Positions 28,370-64,000 of a DNA stretch of 64,000 nt are shown here, piece by piece. The notes under the pieces were generated by a model. That model ran no database searches. It worked only from the letters and a program-made list of their open reading frames with translations, and was not told where the DNA came from. The number at the start of each line of letters is the position of its first letter. Position 1 is the first letter of the stretch. The translations under genes and the position numbers were made by a program. Origin of the DNA: Phoronis australis (Eukaryota > Animalia > Phoronida). The stretch lies in assembly GCA_002633005.1 (NCBI GenBank), contig NMRA01000225.1, positions 241,297-305,296 on the forward strand. Reading direction: 5' to 3'.

Positions 28370-31129
28370 GACTAGATGGATGAACTCGATAGGGGAATAA
28401 TGTAACATGACAGAGCAACAGCAGGTCAAAGGAAAATGAATCCGAATAACTAGGTGGATGAACCCGGTAGGACATTGCGAGGCAGATGGAGACACCTGGC
28501 TGATTCTTGATGATCGGGGAAACTAAGTTCTAATTTTCAAATTTGTAGCGTTTCCTGTAATGATGCCCTTTAGGATCAGAGACCATCATTCTGGCTTTGT
28601 ACTTGCTGTCCCGTGTTTTGAGGCCGAGTTCCTCGTCCCATTTTTGTTGCATACGATGATATTCACTTATTTTCGTATAGTTTGTGTTTTTTCACACGAT
28701 TAATCTCATTTCCCTATTCAATTTCAAGGCTTGACTAAAAACGCCATCTGGTGTTTGTGGATGCCATAGCGGGATAGCAGACATTTGCACGTTATGATAT
28801 GGTCAAGATCCAGATGTCTTGCTTTTTCATATTCTATTGTTGGCAGCTATATTATAACATGAAAACATCAGGGACCAGTTTCACTGAAAGAATTACAATG
28901 GTCATAAATCTCATATTCACTGAGTTAAATATTTAGTTTTGGCTTCCTTCTAAAATGAAGCTTTTAAGTTCTGGTAAAACTCCTAATATTTATTTGTGGT
29001 AATGCAATAAAAGCTAAACAGGTTGCAAAGATTCCACCTTTCAATGAAACAGATCGCTCGAGTCCATAAGTGTCACAGGAAATAATTCATCAGTAATAAA
29101 TGTTGCTAAATAATTTTTCGGCAGGTGCAATTTCCAACAAATTCTATATTTGTACGGTAATATTTAATACACATACATTTACCTTACACATACAATACAC
29201 AATAGGAAAGCACTTTACTACATGTTGACCACTCTGGTGGATAAAATATTAAAACATCAAATTCACTTTACTTGCAAGAATGAAGTGAACGTGCAAATTG
29301 ACGAGGAAATCCTTTGATTTTTGAAAGGGACACAAATGCCTACCCTTTACTATAGGTTTGATTGAAATTCCGAAAACTTTCTTGTAGTTTCTCAAATGTA
29401 GAGAACACTTGCTTGTGATACAGTTATGCCAGGTCACGCTTACCGAAACAAAGTAAGCAGTCTTTCAATTTGACTTTAAAGCAAATGTCTTCACTAATAA
29501 ATCACTGGGCGTGTCCCCGATGGTAATGATTATTTTTGGTAAAAGTATAGGCTCTCGTGTATAGCACCATTGGTATTACTGATCCTGGTTGAGTAGTAAT
29601 GACCTCTGTTGTGTTGTACACAAGTCTTGTGATGGGGTCTACGTGTACAGGCACATCACAAATACTTATCACCCATGTCNACATTCAAAATCTTTTCCTG
29701 GTGCGCGTCTGAGGCAATTGAGTCAACAGCGTGACACGAACCCTCAAACACTGATATTGTACGCAAGCGGTGGGGAATATTACAATTTCTCAAAATAAGA
29801 TCGTAATATCCAGCAGGTTCTCAGTAAAATAACAGGAGGGACTACTAAAACATCCAGTCGACTTTACCCTTAACTTTGAGGGAGGAGCAAGAGACCCTCC
29901 ATTTTCAGTCCACACAAAATAGGCGTATAATTTAAATTTAAAAAGACTAAAATCATGGCGTCTTTCACAACGTTTGTCACAAAAGTTGAAGAAAACCACA
30001 ACATTCGATGTACAGTAATGAATGACATCATTGAGCAATAAAAGTGAAACGAAATATGAGATGTATAGATACAACTTTAGCAAATGCTGGCACTACATAC
30101 TTTACATCCGCTACACATGCAGAAAGTGGACTTAAACATCTAAACTAAAACATAACCAACATACTTGGTTTTAACATACATGTTTACGATATGTCCATGA
30201 TATGTTAAACACCGATATTATGCATGCAAAGTAGCTAATACCGCATTGCCGCGCCGTTACGCCCATGGGCGTCTGTGCGGAATTGTCCTTACATGCGAAA
30301 CTTAGGCACATGCGCCAATAAGCGAGCCATTTGCGCAAAACACCAGCATTACTTCGGATAAAAACCCATGGGCGTAAAAGCGCAGCAACACGGTAGTACA
30401 AAACTTTTCACCAATTTTCTTGAAAATCCGTCAAAGAACTCCAAAGATACAAGGGCACAAGTAAAAAATGCCTTAGGAGGCACAGCGTAGTAAAAAATCG
30501 GTCCGGGTGCGCCTGTGTTGGGATTCAGTTAATGCATGGGCCTGTGTAGGAGGCATTACCTACCTAGGCTTATATTCGGAACTTAGGTGCACGCGCCAAT
30601 AGGCGAACCACTTGGGTAAAGAAGGCCGCGAAAAAGGCGTTACTTCAGATATAAGCCGATGAGCCTAAAGGCGAAACAATACGAAGTTAAAGCTGCTAAA
30701 ACCTGCCATTGACAACAACTTGATACTTAAATTATGGATGTGATCTCAACTTGTTATTCAAAAAAGCTTGGAATGAGTTCGTCTTTGCTTGAGAACATGC
30801 TTTGTGCGTAAGATAACTTACAGAGCCTGGTCTCAGCAAAAACGCATTGCCCGTTCCTTTCAAGGCAAGAAACCATATTTAATTCTTTGAGGAACAACGG
30901 TAACTTATTTTTGTGACGGAGGAACGGTTCATAGCCGTTTTAATACACAACTATATGAGTTAAAGTGGTAAACCAGTGCGACTTTAAAAATTGCATAAAT
31001 TAATAAAAATGCCATAAAACCCACGAGTCACTTTCATGAGTACATGACATGGGATCAAATGACGGGGTTGGTGCGCATAAGTAACACTGTATAAGTACGC
31101 CCCTGTGTAGATAGTGCTGACGTTCACCA

Positions 31130-31235
31130 GTAACAGGTGATGTCGATTAGCAGACGACAGGCATTCTTGCTATTCTACATCTGCGTTCTGGTAACAGGTG
31201 ATGTCGATTAGCAGACAACAGGCACACTTGCGATT

Positions 31236-31243
<8 letters not shown>
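31130..31243. repeat. Tandem duplication, period 61 bp, spanning the stop codon of the M6-like gene
   Basis: GTAACAGGTGATGTCGATTAGCAGAC.ACAGGCA...CTTGC.ATTCTACATCT twice. Confidence 0.88.
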
Positions 31244-63193
<31,950 letters not shown>

Positions 63194-64000
63194 GTGAGTT
63201 CCATGCTTTTTGGAATTATCTTCAGTGACTTCGAAATTTGTGTTGTTCTCCTTGTGAAGGAGGGGGATGTTTCAGTGCCNCCCCCCCCCCCCCCAACCTG
63301 TTGCATTGGCCCTCATGGGCTCAGCCTCAAGTAGCCAAAACCTACCATTTTGTGCTCTTTCAAATTGTCGCCTGTGTGTTACAAGTGATTCAAACCTCGA
63401 AGGCAATTTTTCAATCACTAGAGGAAATTTATTTTTGGACATCTCGAGGGCAATTTCGCGTGGTGTTCCAATATTTTTCAAAGAGTATTAAGGTCAATAT
63501 TCGGCCCTAAAATCGAGGATTGAGAGCGCTGTACATGTATGTCCCGGGGATAAACAAGAAAGAACACACCAGTTGCGCGTTTAGCTCATATCGTGTTTTC
63601 GTTTTGACTTGAGCATAACTTTCCAGGATACAGAATTTTCACGAGCTTTTTCTACAAAAATTGCGCTACAGTATTTTTGCCGCCATTTCCTTCAATTACG
63701 TCCGTTCGGCGTCCGATGCTCATCTCCACTGAAACCTCTTTATGAATGCACATGAAAATGTACAGACACATTGTTATCACGGACGGGAACGGCACACGCG
63801 AATTTTTGGCCGTATTCAACTACCGCTGTGCCCTCTAATGACAATTATGGTTTTTGACCTGCACTTCGGAGCATGCTCTTTTAGTGACCGTGCTATCTCG
63901 ATTATTTTCGCACGCACAATCAAAATGCAAACAAGGCGCTTTTTTGTTTACAGAAATATAAGTACGTGACTTTCGTGAACAAGCCAGCAAAATATTAATG

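Overview
Intron-rich, AT-rich animal genomic DNA (probably an invertebrate deuterostome; inference only) with two N gaps (14775-15390, 58474-58856). I reconstructed four spliced genes by hand, with consistent reading-frame phases. (1) AASDHPPT phosphopantetheinyl transferase on the - strand, 5 coding exons, 6069-12856. (2) ALG8 glucosyltransferase on the + strand, 12 exons, 14095-28369, head-to-head with AASDHPPT. (3) An M6/DM20/PLP-family proteolipid on the - strand, 31236-34599, with a probable first coding exon at 45110-45236. (4) A GH13 maltase/SLC3A1(rBAT)-like gene on the + strand, from 43899 to beyond the window end. Notable points: a perfect 27x31-bp tandem array that multiplies an AASDHPPT 5' splice site; apparent interleaving of the M6 and GH13 genes on opposite strands; a GC-AG intron; a Kolobok-type element with a decayed THAP gene; tRNA-derived SINEs, MITEs and a cluster of CTCF-like motifs. 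Most ORFs in the supplied track are non-coding noise.
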